Shown here: one piece after another, positions 63,577 to 64,000 of the stretch
Layout of the letters: every line of letters begins with the position of its first letter
How positions within the stretch are numbered: the first letter of the stretch is position 1
Notes under the pieces: model-generated
What the model was told of the DNA's origin: nothing
Database searches by the model: none
Seen by the model: the letters and a program-made list of their open reading frames with translations, nothing else
Assembly: GCA_035632335.1 (NCBI GenBank)
Contig: DASQHA010000244.1
Coordinates: 16,335 to 80,334 of the forward strand
Source: Terriglobales bacterium
GTDB lineage: Bacteria; Acidobacteriota; Terriglobia; Terriglobales; Acidobacteriaceae
Length of the DNA: 64,000 nucleotides
Direction: 5' to 3'
Made by a program: the position numbers and the translations under genes

Positions 63577-64000
63577 GTGAAAAGAAGCAATATTGTTTTT
63601 TGGGGTTCGGTTGTCCTCATCCTATTGAATGCAGGCCCATGCCTCGCGCAGGCTGGACTCACCCTTCAGGAAGCGATCGACAAAGCGCTTCAATCGCGCG
63701 CATCGCTGAAGGCAGAAGCTGAACGCGTGTCCACCGCCGAAGGCTTGAGAAAGCAGGCCGGGCTCCTCCCCAACCCGGAATTCCAGTTTCAGAATGAGAA
63801 CTTGCGGCCTGGACAAACCTACAGCCGCGATGTGGATACGCTGGCGCTCATCAATCAGCCGCTCGACGTGTTAGGGAAACGGAAGCAGCGAGTCGGCCTG
63901 GCAGGCGAGGGCGTCACCCGGTCCCAAGCGGAATACGAATTGGCCCGATGGCAAGTCGCTCAGAAAGTGAAGTTCGCTTACTGGACCGCGCGGGGTTCTC
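63577..64000 (+). CDS. TolC/CzcC-family outer-membrane efflux protein, 5' part (runs off the window)
   Basis: My own translation from GTG 63577 (preceded by GAAGGAG) gives VKRSNIVFWGSVVLILLNAGPCLAQAGLTLQEAIDKALQSRASLKAEAERV...NPEFQFQNENL..., a typical OEP N-terminus. It is absent from the ORF track because its in-window part has no stop codon. Confidence 0.8.
   Translation, partial: MKRSNIVFWGSVVLILLNAGPCLAQAGLTLQEAIDKALQSRASLKAEAERVSTAEGLRKQAGLLPNPEFQFQNENLRPGQTYSRDVDTLALINQPLDVLGKRKQRVGLAGEGVTRSQAEYELARWQVAQKVKFAYWTARGS

Noticed and set aside
1-64000. Search for CRISPR arrays, rRNA genes, tRNA genes and large tandem repeats
   Set aside because: None was seen by eye. The only repeat structures are the IS630 inverted repeats, the GGN coding tracts, the paralogous genes and the short regulatory boxes. 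A covariance-model scan (tRNAscan-SE, Infernal/Rfam) would be needed to exclude small RNAs formally.

Overview
This is a visibly GC-rich bacterial chromosomal segment; I did not compute the GC value. It is most likely Acidobacteriota, judged from three giant CarboxypepD_reg-type outer-membrane barrels ending in aromatic residues, a VWFA-related acidobacterial-type protein, and many secreted YVTN-like beta-propellers. Coding density is high and about 85% of the genes are on the minus strand. Five regions stand out.

1. **Left edge, 1-3.7 kb.** Three hypothetical genes, one carrying a PD-(D/E)xK-like motif, are followed by a lower-GC non-coding spacer.
2. **3.7-7.1 kb.** A GMC-oxidoreductase/DUF1080 fusion lies divergent from a secreted LamG-like protein.
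3. **7.3-27.9 kb.** About 18 tightly packed co-directional genes begin with a CusRS-like two-component system. They also encode two LppY/LpqO-like proteins, ChrA, an OMF-RND-MFP efflux pump, a pentaheme and an octaheme cytochrome c, an Fe(III)-type ABC importer, a ChrB-domain protein, a porin and an MFS transporter.
4. **28-30 kb.** An IS630-family element (inverted repeats and TA duplication identified) sits inside a beta-propeller gene that has also been fused by deletion to a truncated padR.
5. **30-58 kb.** A large set of secreted or envelope proteins includes a PQQ dehydrogenase with an N-terminal cytochrome c, a CHRD-like protein, a rhodanese, an ECF sigma factor, three giant outer-membrane barrels, five beta-propellers, two more LamG-like proteins, a VWA protein and an ankyrin/CXXCH/toroid fusion, led by a second OmpR-type two-component system.

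The most interesting signal is a 32-nt promoter-proximal element, TTCAG-N6-TTAAGG-N5-N4/5-TAYNCT. It recurs with identical geometry in front of at least nine transcription units, including the promoter of the second two-component system itself, which defines a candidate regulon.

The right edge (60-63 kb) is a decay zone holding a modA remnant, a frameshifted PQQ dehydrogenase and a beta-propeller relic, followed by the start of another efflux operon. I saw no rRNA, tRNA or CRISPR array.
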